The notes below the pieces were generated by a model, which did not search any database, had not been told where the DNA came from, and saw only the letters and a list, made by a program, of their open reading frames with translations. Position numbers and translations under genes: made by a program. From Treponemataceae bacterium (GTDB lineage Bacteria > Spirochaetota > Spirochaetia > Treponematales > Rectinemataceae), in NCBI GenBank assembly GCA_963667725.2, contig CAXXHO010000005.1, positions 416,001-480,000 on the forward strand: a stretch of DNA of 64,000 nt. Reading direction: 5' to 3'. Below, piece after piece: positions 30,858 to 41,342 of this stretch; the stretch's first letter is position 1, and every line of letters starts with the position of its first letter.

Positions 30858-30974
30858 ATCTAACATTGGCTTAAGCTGGGAGCTTCGACCGCGAAGCGGT
30901 TGGCGCGCTTTTTGCGTGATCTTCTCGCAAAAAGCGTGACAAAGAAGCGACTCAGCTTGAAGCAGTTGTTAGGT
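30858..30974 (-). repeat. attC site 26 (gcttaagctg subtype)
   Basis: attC palindrome. Confidence 0.92.
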
Positions 30975-30997
30975 TCTCCTCTTTTTCATTTAATTTA

Positions 30998-31918
30998 TTA
31001 CCTAATAGAAATTTTAGAATTATAGATATCACAACCTAATCCAAGATTTTTAACCATATTATGAATTCCATTGAATGCAATTAAGTCTTTTATCTTTGGT
31101 CCAATTCCGATAGCTTTTATTGGCAAAATACTTTTATTAATCGATATATACGGAATTATTAATCCATCCTTATTTTTATACTTAATATTTACATATTTTT
31201 TATCAGGAACTATACAAACTCTATATTCTGACTCGATAGAGTGAAAACTCTCTTTCATATTTAACATAATTGTTAGTAGAAAAAACCTATACTTTTTTAA
31301 ATACTCTAGAGCTTCATTAAGCTTTGAATATTTTATTCCAATTACAATTATCTGTGTTATTAAATTTATGTATTGCTTTAAAATATCAATTTGTACTTCT
31401 TTATTATATATTACTTTTCCTAAAAATACAGAATACTTTATAATTCCATCTTCCTCTTTTTGCTTATCAAGAGCAAGTAGGTTATTTAAGAAGCAATCTA
31501 TTAATGTATCAACTTGAAATTCAATAGAATATCCATCATTTTTTCCGTAATAATTCCATAAATGTAGACTATCTTTATCTAATGATGTAGAAAAAATAAA
31601 TAGTCTATCTGACAAGTAATCTATATATTTGCAAATATCTTCAATAAATGATTCTCTGATAATTTTATTAGATTTTTCATCTAAAGGAAACTTAGTCGCT
31701 TCTAAAATTTCAAAGAATAATCCTTTTGAATATTCAATCTCATTTGGATCATTCAAATATTTTAAATTTGATAATTGTAATGAATTTGATGATACTATGC
31801 CTAATAAACCATTTGCTGAAGAATAATGAAAAACGCTGTCGGACCCAGATACTGTGATCTCATCTCTATCTGGTAAAGCATCTAGCTTTTCAAGGACATC
31901 ACTAAACTCATTTTTCAC
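30998..31918 (-). CDS. DUF2971-family protein
   Basis: FHYSS, LNDPNE, DSLHLWNYYG...GYSIEF, ESEYR, IGIGP. Confidence 0.8.
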   Translation of the reverse strand: MKNEFSDVLEKLDALPDRDEITVSGSDSVFHYSSANGLLGIVSSNSLQLSNLKYLNDPNEIEYSKGLFFEILEATKFPLDEKSNKIIRESFIEDICKYIDYLSDRLFIFSTSLDKDSLHLWNYYGKNDGYSIEFQVDTLIDCFLNNLLALDKQKEEDGIIKYSVFLGKVIYNKEVQIDILKQYINLITQIIVIGIKYSKLNEALEYLKKYRFFLLTIMLNMKESFHSIESEYRVCIVPDKKYVNIKYKNKDGLIIPYISINKSILPIKAIGIGPKIKDLIAFNGIHNMVKNLGLGCDIYNSKISIR

Positions 31919-31946
31919 AATTTCTACCTTTATAAGAATTAGATGA

Positions 31947-32080
31947 ACCTAACATTGGCTTAACCTTTAACGCTCGTTCCCGAGCGTAGCGAGGGATTGG
32001 CGCGCTTCTTGCGTAAAGGAGCGAAGCGACTCGCAAGAAGCGTGACAAAGAGCGTTATAAGGTTGAAGCGGTTGTTGGAC
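31947..32080 (-). repeat. attC site 27
   Basis: attC palindrome. Confidence 0.92.
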
Positions 32081-32108
32081 GGCTATTAATATTTATTAGT
32101 TTCCGCTT

Positions 32109-32654
32109 TTATGATTCTCTATTAGAATCCCATTCCTTTTTTAAAATCGCAAATTGCATTGTATTTTCATACTTTGGTGTACCATCCTCATTATTTATAA
32201 ACGATATAAATTCCTTAAAACACCCCTCATTTCTCATTCCTAGTCTCTTACATAGTTTTTGTGATCTTATGTTATCATCTTCAACATACGCATATATCCG
32301 TCTTGCTTTTTTGACTTCAAATAGGTAGATAAATAAAGCTTCTGCACTTTCAAAAGCATAGCCTTTACCTTGATAATCTACATTAATATTCCATCCAATA
32401 TCATAAGTATCAGGTTCTTCTTTCTCAAAGAACAAATCACCAATTACTTCATCAGTATCTCTTAAACAAATGGCAATTGAATTTTTCAGTTTACATCTTT
32501 TTTTAACTTCGATTCTTGCTTCTTCAAAGGTATTTACCTTTTCTGATACAAAGCAATTTACTCTTGGTTTTGATAGATATGCGAATAGGCTTGAAGCATC
32601 TTTTTCTAAAAAACTTCGTAGAATTAACCTATCTGTTTCTATTGGATTCATCAA
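32109..32654 (-). CDS. GNAT acetyltransferase (RimJ/RimL-like)
   Basis: ETDRLILR, YQGKGYAFE, NIRSQKLCKRLGM. Confidence 0.88.
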   Translation of the reverse strand: MMNPIETDRLILRSFLEKDASSLFAYLSKPRVNCFVSEKVNTFEEARIEVKKRCKLKNSIAICLRDTDEVIGDLFFEKEEPDTYDIGWNINVDYQGKGYAFESAEALFIYLFEVKKARRIYAYVEDDNIRSQKLCKRLGMRNEGCFKEFISFINNEDGTPKYENTMQFAILKKEWDSNRES

Positions 32655-32722
32655 TCAAAGCTCCCTAGACATTGTAATAGCATTATACTGAGCTAAATTC
32701 TACCCTATATTTCCATATGTCC

Positions 32723-32847
32723 GCCCAACATTGGCTTAACCCTTAACGCCTGTTCCTGAGCGAAGCGAAGGATTGGCGTGGTTTTTGCGTGATCTTCTCG
32801 CAAAAACCATGACAAAAGGCGTTATAGGGTTGAAGCGGTTGTTAGGT
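32723..32847 (-). repeat. attC site 28
   Basis: Dominant attC subtype. Confidence 0.93.
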
Positions 32848-32852
32848 TTTAC

Positions 32853-33848
32853 CTATTTCTTTTCTGACTTAAGATATTTTTTCTTTTCAATATATGCTAA
32901 AAATTTTGTTCCTATTTTTGTAATTGAATATCTTCTATATTGTACGCTTGCTACTTTTTCGTTTACTACTAAATCATATATTTGTAACTGTGGACATAAC
33001 CTGAAATACAAAAAAGAGTCCAAATCGTTTATTCCATATTGATTTGTAACACCTCTTAATAAATCTTCTTTAAACGCTAAAAGCAAATTTAATAAAGGTA
33101 TTTCATCTGGTAATTTTTCATTTTTACCTCCAATTAATTTCTTGATTGAGGATATATCTATCTTCTTACTCCTAAGTATTTTTTCTAACTCTGAATATTC
33201 TATATCTTGTTCTTTTTTAGCATCGGGAGTAGTATTAATATCTGCTTTTTTAATCTTGGACGCTTCATCCTTTAATTTATCAATTTCATTATGCAACCTT
33301 ATTAGTTCGTCTGTTAATGATTTTACGTCAGGAGAATCATCATACCTAATCCACCCCGCATTCTGATGCTCCGATGCAATTGTTGATAGAGATTCATATA
33401 CTGATAGCTTTAAATCCTTTGTATCAGTAAAAAATGATGAAATCTTGTTCAATACTTTTTTCCTAAACTCTTCCAGCTTTATGCTATTATCTTTTTCAAT
33501 AATTTCAACACCCTCTACCTTCTTTTTTTGTTCAATTCCTTCATCAGAAATAACTACAGCGAAGAATGGAAGTCCTAATGATATGGCGTAATCATATTCT
33601 AATTCTGTATAACTAACTCCGGTTTGAGGTTCTATGGAACCATAACGTGTACCAAGAATAAGTACATATACGTCTGATTCACCTATCCATTTCTGAATGA
33701 TTTCCCATTGGCTTTTATCACCAGCAATAAAAAGTTCCATACCTGCTGGTATATGCCCGCACCTTAATATTGTTTGAACAGCAGATTGTCGTTCTTCTTT
33801 AAGATCTTTATATGTTGATGAAATAAACACTTGAAGTTTTGTCTTCAA
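32853..33848 (-). CDS. DUF4062-domain protein
   Basis: QVFISSTYKDLKEER, GMELF, RYGS, SYTELEYDYA. Confidence 0.88.
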   Translation of the reverse strand: MKTKLQVFISSTYKDLKEERQSAVQTILRCGHIPAGMELFIAGDKSQWEIIQKWIGESDVYVLILGTRYGSIEPQTGVSYTELEYDYAISLGLPFFAVVISDEGIEQKKKVEGVEIIEKDNSIKLEEFRKKVLNKISSFFTDTKDLKLSVYESLSTIASEHQNAGWIRYDDSPDVKSLTDELIRLHNEIDKLKDEASKIKKADINTTPDAKKEQDIEYSELEKILRSKKIDISSIKKLIGGKNEKLPDEIPLLNLLLAFKEDLLRGVTNQYGINDLDSFLYFRLCPQLQIYDLVVNEKVASVQYRRYSITKIGTKFLAYIEKKKYLKSEKK

Positions 33849-33867
33849 TTCTTACTCTCCTTAATAA

Positions 33868-33994
33868 ACCTAACATTTTCGCTTAACCTTTAAATCCGTC
33901 CTGAGCGATAGCGAAGGATTGGCGCGCATTTTGCATTGTTGTTCTTGCAAAATGCGTGACAACAGGATTTATAAGGTTGAAGCGGGTGTTAGAA
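33868..33994 (-). repeat. attC site 29 (attttc subtype)
   Basis: ctaac-attttc-gcttaacc start. Confidence 0.92.
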
Positions 33995-34012
33995 ATCTTC
34001 TTTTTATATTAT

Positions 34013-34306
34013 TTAGTTAAAAGCTTGGATCTTCTCGAGTTCTTTAACCATCTTTTTTCTTGCTTCTCTTATATCTAACTCATTCTGTAGATTAAGCCAA
34101 AACTTATAAGAATTCCCAAAGAACTTTGAAAGTCTAAGCGCCATCTCAACAGTAATTTTCCTTTTATTATGAAGTAAGTCTAAAACTGTACTTGTTGAGA
34201 CTTTTAGCTCTTTCGACAACCTATACGGAGTGATATCAAGAGGCTCAAGAAATTCTTCTCGTATAATTTCTCCTATTGTAGGTGTTTCAATATAGTCTTT
34301 ATTCAT
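34013..34306 (-). CDS. higA: HigA antitoxin
   Basis: GEIIREEFLEPL, ITVEMALRL, FWLNLQ. Confidence 0.9.
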   Translation of the reverse strand: MNKDYIETPTIGEIIREEFLEPLDITPYRLSKELKVSTSTVLDLLHNKRKITVEMALRLSKFFGNSYKFWLNLQNELDIREARKKMVKELEKIQAFN

Positions 34307-34319
34307 TCTCTTCTTCTCC

Positions 34320-34601
34320 TTAATGATAATCTACAATAGAAACCTCAAATGCCTCGCCACCCTTAAATTTGAACTGAATCCTCCATTGATCATTGATCCT
34401 TATTGAACAATAGCCTTTCTTTATTCCCTGCAAGTGCTCAAATCTATTTGAAGGTGCAACCCTAAAATCTTCTTCTGTAGTAGAAGCATCAATAAAAAGC
34501 AGCTTTACTAAAGCCCGCTTTTGTATCTCTGGTGGCAGCTTTTTTGATCTTTCTTGATGAAAGATCTTTTCTGTTTCAGCATCACCAAAAGACTGAATCA
34601 T
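34320..34601 (-). CDS. higB: HigB toxin
   Basis: MIQSF, PSNRFEHL, SIRINDQWRI and VDYH; toxin precedes antitoxin. Confidence 0.9.
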   Translation of the reverse strand: MIQSFGDAETEKIFHQERSKKLPPEIQKRALVKLLFIDASTTEEDFRVAPSNRFEHLQGIKKGYCSIRINDQWRIQFKFKGGEAFEVSIVDYH

Positions 34602-34607
34602 GATTAC

Positions 34608-34636
34608 AATATACGCTACACAGATATATCTGTCAA
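34608..34636 (-). promoter_or_regulatory. higBA promoter, likely leaderless
   Basis: TTGACA-17bp-TATATT, 6 nt before ATG; overlapped by palindrome acagatatatctgt. Confidence 0.8.
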
Positions 34637-34740
34637 GAAGATATTACAAACACTATATTATTACAAATAATGGCATATTTCATTATTTTGTATATGTTTG
34701 CTTGATTCCACGGCGTTACTCTTCCTGCGCGGGAGCGTCT

Positions 34741-34863
34741 TTCTAACATTGGCTTAACCTTTAAATCCGTGCCCGAAGGGCTTGGCGCGGTTTGTGCATA
34801 AAGGAGCGAAGCGACTGCACAAACCGTGACAAAGGATTTATAAGGTTGAAGCACTTGTTAGGA
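34741..34863 (-). repeat. attC site 30
   Basis: attC palindrome. Confidence 0.92.
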
Positions 34864-34894
34864 TAATTTTTTTCAATCCTTACTATACTCTTAC

Positions 34895-35269
34895 TTATCT
34901 TTCTTTCCCAAATATCTTTAATATCTCTTCTTTAGTTTCTTTAAATATTACCTGCTTAGTCTTATTACTCTCATATATAAAGTCCCTTAAGCTCTTACTC
35001 TTAATAGATGTAAAATCTCCAATAATCCCTATCTTTAATCCGTAGTTACTTGCTTTTTGCAGTATCTCGCCTGCTACTCTTGTCTTTAGTTCAAAGAAAT
35101 CTGGTATGATATTTTCTTTCTTTAATATGATAGTTCTTACTGAGTATGATCCTATGATATCTAATAGATCCTGCGTATCCTTTAAAATATAGCCATCATC
35201 TTCAAGCTCAAGTATTCTTTCATCGTTAATGGTATGTAATATAGTTTTCATAGAAATATTATCTCTCAT
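34895..35269 (-). CDS. DUF4180-family protein
   Basis: FFELKTRVAGEILQK, IIGDF, SLRDFIYESN. Confidence 0.88.
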   Translation of the reverse strand: MRDNISMKTILHTINDERILELEDDGYILKDTQDLLDIIGSYSVRTIILKKENIIPDFFELKTRVAGEILQKASNYGLKIGIIGDFTSIKSKSLRDFIYESNKTKQVIFKETKEEILKIFGKER

Positions 35270-35412
35270 ATGCTCAATTATTTTAATAGCCTAAAAAGTA
35301 TTATAAACAGGTGATAAATATTTCAAGGATGCATTTGACGTAATACTTTTTCTATTAGCTATTATTATTCTCAACTTATTACCAGGTGTACCTGCGCGCG
35401 TTTAGCGCGTCA

Positions 35413-35537
35413 TCCTAACATTGGCTTAACCCTTAACGCCTGCTCCTGAGCGTAGCGAAGGATTGGCGTGGTTTGTGCATTGTTGTTCTGCACAAACCAT
35501 GACAAAAGGCGTTATAGGGTTGAAGCATTTGTTAGAC
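35413..35537 (-). repeat. attC site 31
   Basis: attC palindrome. Confidence 0.93.
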
Positions 35538-35543
35538 GAATCC

Positions 35544-36089
35544 TTATTTACTACCCTTTTCACTTATTTTATATTTAAGCAATTCATTCAATACATAAGT
35601 TTCTCTTTCAATCCATTTCGTTTTCTTTTCAGAAGACTTCATCGTTTTTCTATTAACTTCTAATGCTTCTTTAATAGTTGTCCACTTTGGAATAAACATC
35701 AATTCTTTCTCATAATCATCAAGATTTTGACTATGTAAAGAATCTTCAATTACAATTTCGTAGTAGGCTGATATCATTTTAAAATAATCAAATGTTTCTT
35801 CTTTAGATTTATTGTACTCAATTACTGTTCCAATTTTACATTTAATATCTACAATAGTTCCTCCAATTTCTTCATCTATTTCTCTAAATAATGCAATTTC
35901 TTGCGTTTCGTTATCTTCTACACCACCACCAGGAAATTTATATTCGTCATTTGTTTTTGAATAAACCAAAAGTATCTGATTATTCTTAATAATTACTGCT
36001 CTTACAGCATTTCTACAAAATGATAATCCATTTAGATCTATATCTTTTTTATAAAATATCTCTTTGTTAAAAAGCATCGATCCTTCCAT
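35544..36089 (-). CDS. NUDIX hydrolase
   Basis: PGGGVEDNETQEIALFREIDEEIG Nudix box. Confidence 0.9.
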   Translation of the reverse strand: MEGSMLFNKEIFYKKDIDLNGLSFCRNAVRAVIIKNNQILLVYSKTNDEYKFPGGGVEDNETQEIALFREIDEEIGGTIVDIKCKIGTVIEYNKSKEETFDYFKMISAYYEIVIEDSLHSQNLDDYEKELMFIPKWTTIKEALEVNRKTMKSSEKKTKWIERETYVLNELLKYKISEKGSK

Positions 36090-36177
36090 GATAAAATGTT
36101 ACATACACAATTACACATATCAAGTTAACATTTTTACTAATTGCTTTAATATGTATCTTTTTGCGCCGAAGGCGTCC

Positions 36178-36302
36178 GTCTAACATTGGCTTAACCCTTA
36201 ACGCCTGCTCCTGAGCGTAGCGAAGGATTGGCGTGGTTTTTGCATTGTTGTTCTGCAAAAACCATGACAAAAGGCGTTATAGGGTTGAAGCATTTGTTAG
36301 CG
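36178..36302 (-). repeat. attC site 32
   Basis: attC palindrome. Confidence 0.93.
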
Positions 36303-36319
36303 GTTTTTTACTTCATATT

Positions 36320-37129
36320 CTATTGCGTTAATGTATTGTTTTTAAAAAACTCTACTATAAATGGAATTGCATCTCCTGGAATTTTATGTATATCATTATA
36401 TATAAATGTAGTTAACGGCTTATCTATTGCAGATTTATATTCTGTAACATTTTTATTTATAACTATTCCTTCATCATTACATTTATTTATTTTCTTAATA
36501 AATTCTATCATTTCTTTTTGTGATTTAAACTTTACAATTTCATCTTGCTTCCCGGCAACATGGAATACTGGTATTTCTTTAAATAGATTTCTATCTTTGT
36601 TTGATCCTAAAGTACCTGCTATCGGCGCAATCGCTGCTATAATATCTCTTCGAACGGTAGCTATTACATAACTAAAAGCGGCACCATTGGAAAACCCTGT
36701 AACGTATATTCTATTTTCATCTATTGAACACTTATTTTTTAAATATATCAGTATTTCATCAAATAGCCTGATATCTCTGTCCTTATAATCTCCAACATAT
36801 GTTTGCCATCCTGATTTAGCACCTCCTGTTTCCATTTTTTGAATTACAGTTCTTAATCCACGTGGGTAGACAACGATTGCTTCTGGCCAATACTTTTCGA
36901 TTTTAAATTTGCCTATGGCTTCAGTTAACTCTTGCCCATAACCATGAAAAACAAATACTACTGGTAATTTTTCTTGTGTTGAATTTTCTGGAACATATAA
37001 TAAGAAGTCTCTTTGAACATTATCTACAGATATCTTTATTTGCTCTAAAGAATATCCTTTAGTGAAAACCATCAATAATAAGGCAATAATATATATAGTT
37101 TTCATAAGTTTATACTTTCTTTTACTCAT
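36320..37129 (-). CDS. Secreted alpha/beta-hydrolase esterase (PHB-depolymerase-like)
   Basis: Signal peptide; FHG, GFSNG nucleophile, GKQD, H. Confidence 0.82.
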   Translation of the reverse strand: MSKRKYKLMKTIYIIALLLMVFTKGYSLEQIKISVDNVQRDFLLYVPENSTQEKLPVVFVFHGYGQELTEAIGKFKIEKYWPEAIVVYPRGLRTVIQKMETGGAKSGWQTYVGDYKDRDIRLFDEILIYLKNKCSIDENRIYVTGFSNGAAFSYVIATVRRDIIAAIAPIAGTLGSNKDRNLFKEIPVFHVAGKQDEIVKFKSQKEMIEFIKKINKCNDEGIVINKNVTEYKSAIDKPLTTFIYNDIHKIPGDAIPFIVEFFKNNTLTQ

Positions 37130-37165
37130 TAGATTCCTCCATTGTTTTCATATGCCTTTTAATAC

Positions 37166-37289
37166 CGCTAACATTGGCTTAACCTTTAAAGCCTGGCCTG
37201 AGCGAAGCGAAGGATTGGCGTGGTTTGTGCATTGTTGTTCTGCACAAACCATGACAAAAGGCTTTATAAGGTTGAAGCTTTTGTTAGAT
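37166..37289 (-). repeat. attC site 33
   Basis: attC palindrome. Confidence 0.93.
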
Positions 37290-37317
37290 TTCTTCTTTTC
37301 TTTAACTTACTATTTCT

Positions 37318-37809
37318 TTATAGTATCATTTCATATGCTATAAAGTCTGTCCCATATACATGTATTCTACCTAGATTTCTATATCCCATTCTCTTATAAA
37401 GTCTGTTTGCTGCTTTGTTTACTTCTGCTGCAAGATGATGTGTTGCCTTAAAACCTCTTTCCTTTGCAGTGTCACTTATATAGTGCATCATCTTTTCTCC
37501 TATACCTATGCTTTGGTATGAAGGAGTAACACATAATCGTACAAGAAAGCATGATTTTACTTTTGCCCAATCTAATAATTGTAATTCTGATGATTCTTCA
37601 TCTACCATAGAAATTGCAGCTATAATCTTATTATCATCTTCAAGTACATATAGGCTTTTATTCTTAAGATCATCTTTAAGTATTTCTCTATTTGGATAGT
37701 CTTCATCCCAATCTGAAGTACCATCAATTTTTCCTTTAGCTTTTACTGCATCATAAAGAGAATGTATTTGATCTTCTTCTATTTCTAATGCCATTCTAAA
37801 TTGTTGCAT
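37318..37809 (-). CDS. GNAT acetyltransferase
   Basis: WDEDYP, LCVTPSYQSIGIG, NKAANRLYKRMGY. Confidence 0.85.
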   Translation of the reverse strand: MQQFRMALEIEEDQIHSLYDAVKAKGKIDGTSDWDEDYPNREILKDDLKNKSLYVLEDDNKIIAAISMVDEESSELQLLDWAKVKSCFLVRLCVTPSYQSIGIGEKMMHYISDTAKERGFKATHHLAAEVNKAANRLYKRMGYRNLGRIHVYGTDFIAYEMIL

Positions 37810-37925
37810 ATGTTTTTCCCACGTAGCCCATGTATTATTCAATTCTTTATTATTATTGCCCAGAGCATCAATCTAACATTATTAACAATGGCTTCAGCAT
37901 GTCTACTTTTGCGCCGAAGGCGTCA

Positions 37926-38024
37926 ATCTAACATTTGGATAACCTGTGAGGCGTGATTGGCGCGGTTCATGCGAAAGCATGTAACCGTGACAATAGCCGA
38001 ATCAGGTTGATCCAGTTGTTAGAT
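37926..38024 (-). repeat. attC site 34 (shortest, divergent)
   Basis: ggataacctg...caggttgatcc compensatory stem. Confidence 0.88.
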
Positions 38025-38969
38025 GAAATTTCTTTGTAATCGTTGGATTGTGTTCTCGATCTTGTTCAATACATCAAAATAAATAACAGGCAACTCGTAA
38101 TTAATCTTTAATCCTTTAGAATAAAATCGCTTTCTATTTTTCACGGTATCAATATTCCCATCTGTATAATCAATCAAGTAAACATACTTCTCATGAAGTT
38201 CCTTATTTCTATAGTTGAAATATATTTTATTTTGATATTCAAAAGAACCATTATGAATAATTTCATGTCTGTAATTAATAATCATATTTATTGACTCTGT
38301 TTTCTCATATATAGTTCCATTCCATGATAAATCAAAGAATTTGTTTTTATCACCATATAATATTTCTTTACTAGCTAGTTTGGGCCATTTTGAATAATCA
38401 GTGTATTCATGATTACTTTCAATAACCAATTTTGTCATCAAATCAAATATTGAGTATAATTTTACAATCATATTTTCAAACATGGAATAAATAACTATCG
38501 TCTTTCTACCTGACATCCAATAAATTACATTTTCTCCTTCGTCATCAATAACATGATCTTGGTTGATATTACATAATTCTTTATAAAAAGTCACAAACAG
38601 CTCTTTTGTTTCTATTAATCTATTTTGAATAGAGGCAATAATAAAGAAAATATCATGTAGTAATAATACACGATGATTTTTTGTATCACTAATTTCGGTT
38701 ACCAAATGCGCGAATTCATCTTTTGATATAGTAAAATCTGAATCAATACCACAATTTGAAAGCCACATAGGTCTAATATCAATATTTTCATAATAATCAA
38801 TATCATTAAATATCTTGTTCTGAAATGAATCATAAAGGCTTACAAGGTTTGCATCTAATTCATAGAATATTTGGTCTCCATCAAAAATGACTTCTCCAGA
38901 TATTTCATTAATATAGAATTTAGAAATGGGTATATCACTTATCAATCCATTTGCATTAAGAATACTCAT
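38019..38969 (-). CDS. Hypothetical protein with HEPN-like motif
   Basis: LYSIFDL...RHEIIH(NG). Confidence 0.6.
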   Translation of the reverse strand: MSILNANGLISDIPISKFYINEISGEVIFDGDQIFYELDANLVSLYDSFQNKIFNDIDYYENIDIRPMWLSNCGIDSDFTISKDEFAHLVTEISDTKNHRVLLLHDIFFIIASIQNRLIETKELFVTFYKELCNINQDHVIDDEGENVIYWMSGRKTIVIYSMFENMIVKLYSIFDLMTKLVIESNHEYTDYSKWPKLASKEILYGDKNKFFDLSWNGTIYEKTESINMIINYRHEIIHNGSFEYQNKIYFNYRNKELHEKYVYLIDYTDGNIDTVKNRKRFYSKGLKINYELPVIYFDVLNKIENTIQRLQRNFI

Positions 38970-38993
38970 TTAGTCTCCGCGCCGAAGGCGTCC

Positions 38994-39143
38994 ATCTAAC
39001 ATTTTCGCTTAACCTTTAAGCCCGACCTGAGCATAGCGAAGGTTTGGCGCGATTCTTGCACCACTTTACGTTGCCGCTCCTACTTTACAGAATCTCGCAA
39101 GAAGCGTGCCAAAGGGCTTATAAGGTTGAAGCGGATGTTAGAA
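38994..39143 (-). repeat. attC site 35 (long attttc subtype)
   Basis: attC palindrome with long loop. Confidence 0.92.
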
Positions 39144-39152
39144 ATCTTCTTC

Positions 39153-39575
39153 TTACTTGAGATTAAGGAGCACTATTCCTGATAGACAAAATGCTATCCC
39201 TATTAGCTTCTTTATACTTATCTTTTCCTTAAATACTATTATTCCTATGATCACTAATCCTACTGTTATCATTGATGATACAAGAGCTGAAGAAAACGTA
39301 AGCTTTCCCCCTGCCCTATACAACAACAAATATCCTAGTTCTATTCCTACGATTGGAACTGCAAGTAAAACACTATAAATGTTTAGGCTCTTTATTGATT
39401 CAGAGAGTGTGTTCTTCAATGGAAAAACAACAAAGAGAACACCTACTAAGCATAATGAAGTAAGATAAGAACAAAGAATACTAAGTGCTGGATTCGCATT
39501 CGGAGCAATAGACTTTTGAAAGAACTGATAGGCAACACCGGAACACACTAATAAGGCAATAGAAGCAATATACAT
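39153..39575 (-). CDS. EamA/DMT-family small transporter
   Basis: Paralog of 25361-25783. Confidence 0.85.
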   Translation of the reverse strand: MYIASIALLVCSGVAYQFFQKSIAPNANPALSILCSYLTSLCLVGVLFVVFPLKNTLSESIKSLNIYSVLLAVPIVGIELGYLLLYRAGGKLTFSSALVSSMITVGLVIIGIIVFKEKISIKKLIGIAFCLSGIVLLNLK

Positions 39576-39735
39576 TCCTTTTCCTTTTTCAATACGATGT
39601 AAAGACACTCTTAAAATTCAAAGAGCCTTTTACGTAGTACAGTCTATTAAAATTGAAAACAAAAAAGCATCAAAATGGAATTGTTGTAGTACATTTTAAT
39701 CATATTTTTCTTTCTTATCCGCGCGCGCAGCGTCT

Positions 39736-39848
39736 TTCTAACATTGGCTTAACCCTTAACGCGTACATTGGCGCGGTTTGTGCTTGCGAGCGAAGCGAGT
39801 TGCACAAACCGTGACAATAGCGTTATAGGGTTGAAGCAGGTGTTAGAT
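39736..39848 (-). repeat. attC site 36
   Basis: attC palindrome, short variant. Confidence 0.9.
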
Positions 39849-39855
39849 TTCTTCT

Positions 39856-40353
39856 TTAATTAACTATCTTATCTATATATAGTTTACAATCTGGTACAAA
39901 CTTATTTCCCTTTAAAAGTTCTAGTACTTCTTCTCGTGTTGCTATTTTTGCTTCTTCAACTTCAGTTTCTTGACACTTTATTGCCATTTTATCTATTTCT
40001 TGATTAAAGACCCATACATCTACAAAATGCGGACTAAAGCCATTATCACCTTTATATTGATATACGATCTTTCCTCTTTCTTTATCCAAATCAATTCCTA
40101 ATTCTTCTTTTACTTCTTTCAAAGCAGTTTTTAAGCTATCATCCCCTGATACAGCTGAACCACCTGTACATTCCCATAACCCAGGATAAGGATATTTATC
40201 TTTCTTTCTTTTTGAAATAACAAATTCATTCTTTGAATTCTTTATCCATACATGTACGATGAGATGATATTCATTATCGTTGAATGCTTCACCACGAAGA
40301 ATAACTTTTCCAGTTCTATTTCTATTTGAATCTAATACATCCCAATATTCCAT
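39856..40353 (-). CDS. NUDIX hydrolase (Idi-like)
   Basis: YHLIVHVWI, PGLWECTGG...EVKEELG. Confidence 0.88.
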   Translation of the reverse strand: MEYWDVLDSNRNRTGKVILRGEAFNDNEYHLIVHVWIKNSKNEFVISKRKKDKYPYPGLWECTGGSAVSGDDSLKTALKEVKEELGIDLDKERGKIVYQYKGDNGFSPHFVDVWVFNQEIDKMAIKCQETEVEEAKIATREEVLELLKGNKFVPDCKLYIDKIVN

Positions 40354-40478
40354 AATACTTCCTTACTTTAAATTAAAAACTCTAAAAACTTTTAGTCTTG
40401 ATATCATCATATGAATAACCAAATTAGCATTGGCAATAAAAAGTTTAACGTATATCTTTATCCGCCCGCGCAGCGTGA

Positions 40479-40604
40479 ATCTAACATTGGCTTAAGCTGG
40501 GAGCTTCGACCGCGAAGCGGTTGGCGCGCTTTTTGCATGAGAGAGCGTAGCGATCTGCAAAAAGCGTGACAAAGAAGCGACTCAGCTTGAAGCAGTTGTT
40601 AGGC
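40479..40604 (-). repeat. attC site 37 (gcttaagctg subtype)
   Basis: attC palindrome. Confidence 0.92.
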
Positions 40605-40614
40605 GAATATTCTT

Positions 40615-41106
40615 CTATATGTCTTTCTCCATATAAACTATTCCTAAATCTTTACCAAATTTTCCCCAACATTTCTTTAATCTTCCATATTCACTAAATC
40701 CATTTCTCTCATGAAACGTTAAGCTGTTTTTATTATCATCAGTTATATCAACTATTATTTTGCTAATTCCAATATTTTTTGCATCATCTTCCAATTGCTG
40801 TAATGCTCTTTTCCCTATGCCTTTCCCAATATATTCTTTTTTAATAAAATACATTACTTCTGCGGTTTTCTTAAATGGTCTTATATTCTTAAAAGCTTCT
40901 AATGTACAAAAACCAATCAATTCTTTTCCATTAAGCGTAATTGCATATCCTGAATAAACATCATTCTTATCTATGATTTTATCAAAATGATTATAATCTA
41001 CAATGTCCTCACGAAAAGCCGCTGTTGTTGTTTTAATATAATAATTCAATATATCAATCACGCTTTGCCGATGTTTCTCTTCTAATGGTTCAAATACAAT
41101 ATCCAT
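40615..41106 (-). CDS. GNAT acetyltransferase (Pat/YncA-like)
   Basis: Close paralog of 28365-28856. Confidence 0.85.
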   Translation of the reverse strand: MDIVFEPLEEKHRQSVIDILNYYIKTTTAAFREDIVDYNHFDKIIDKNDVYSGYAITLNGKELIGFCTLEAFKNIRPFKKTAEVMYFIKKEYIGKGIGKRALQQLEDDAKNIGISKIIVDITDDNKNSLTFHERNGFSEYGRLKKCWGKFGKDLGIVYMEKDI

Positions 41107-41208
41107 AAGAACATCCTTTTTTTATACTGCTTCTTTATCCACAAAGCCCGTCAGGTTAACATTTTTAGCTATAACTTCAACATGTATCATTTTGCGCCGA
41201 AGGCGTCC

Positions 41209-41334
41209 GCCTAACATCGGGCTTAACCCTTAACGCCTGCTCCTGAGCGAAGCGAAGGATTGGCGTGGTTTTTGCATTGTTGTTCTGCAAAAACCATGAC
41301 AAAAGGCGTTATAGGGTTGAAGCATGTGTTAGAT
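41209..41334 (-). repeat. attC site 38
   Basis: attC palindrome. Confidence 0.93.
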
Positions 41335-41342
41335 TTCTTCTA

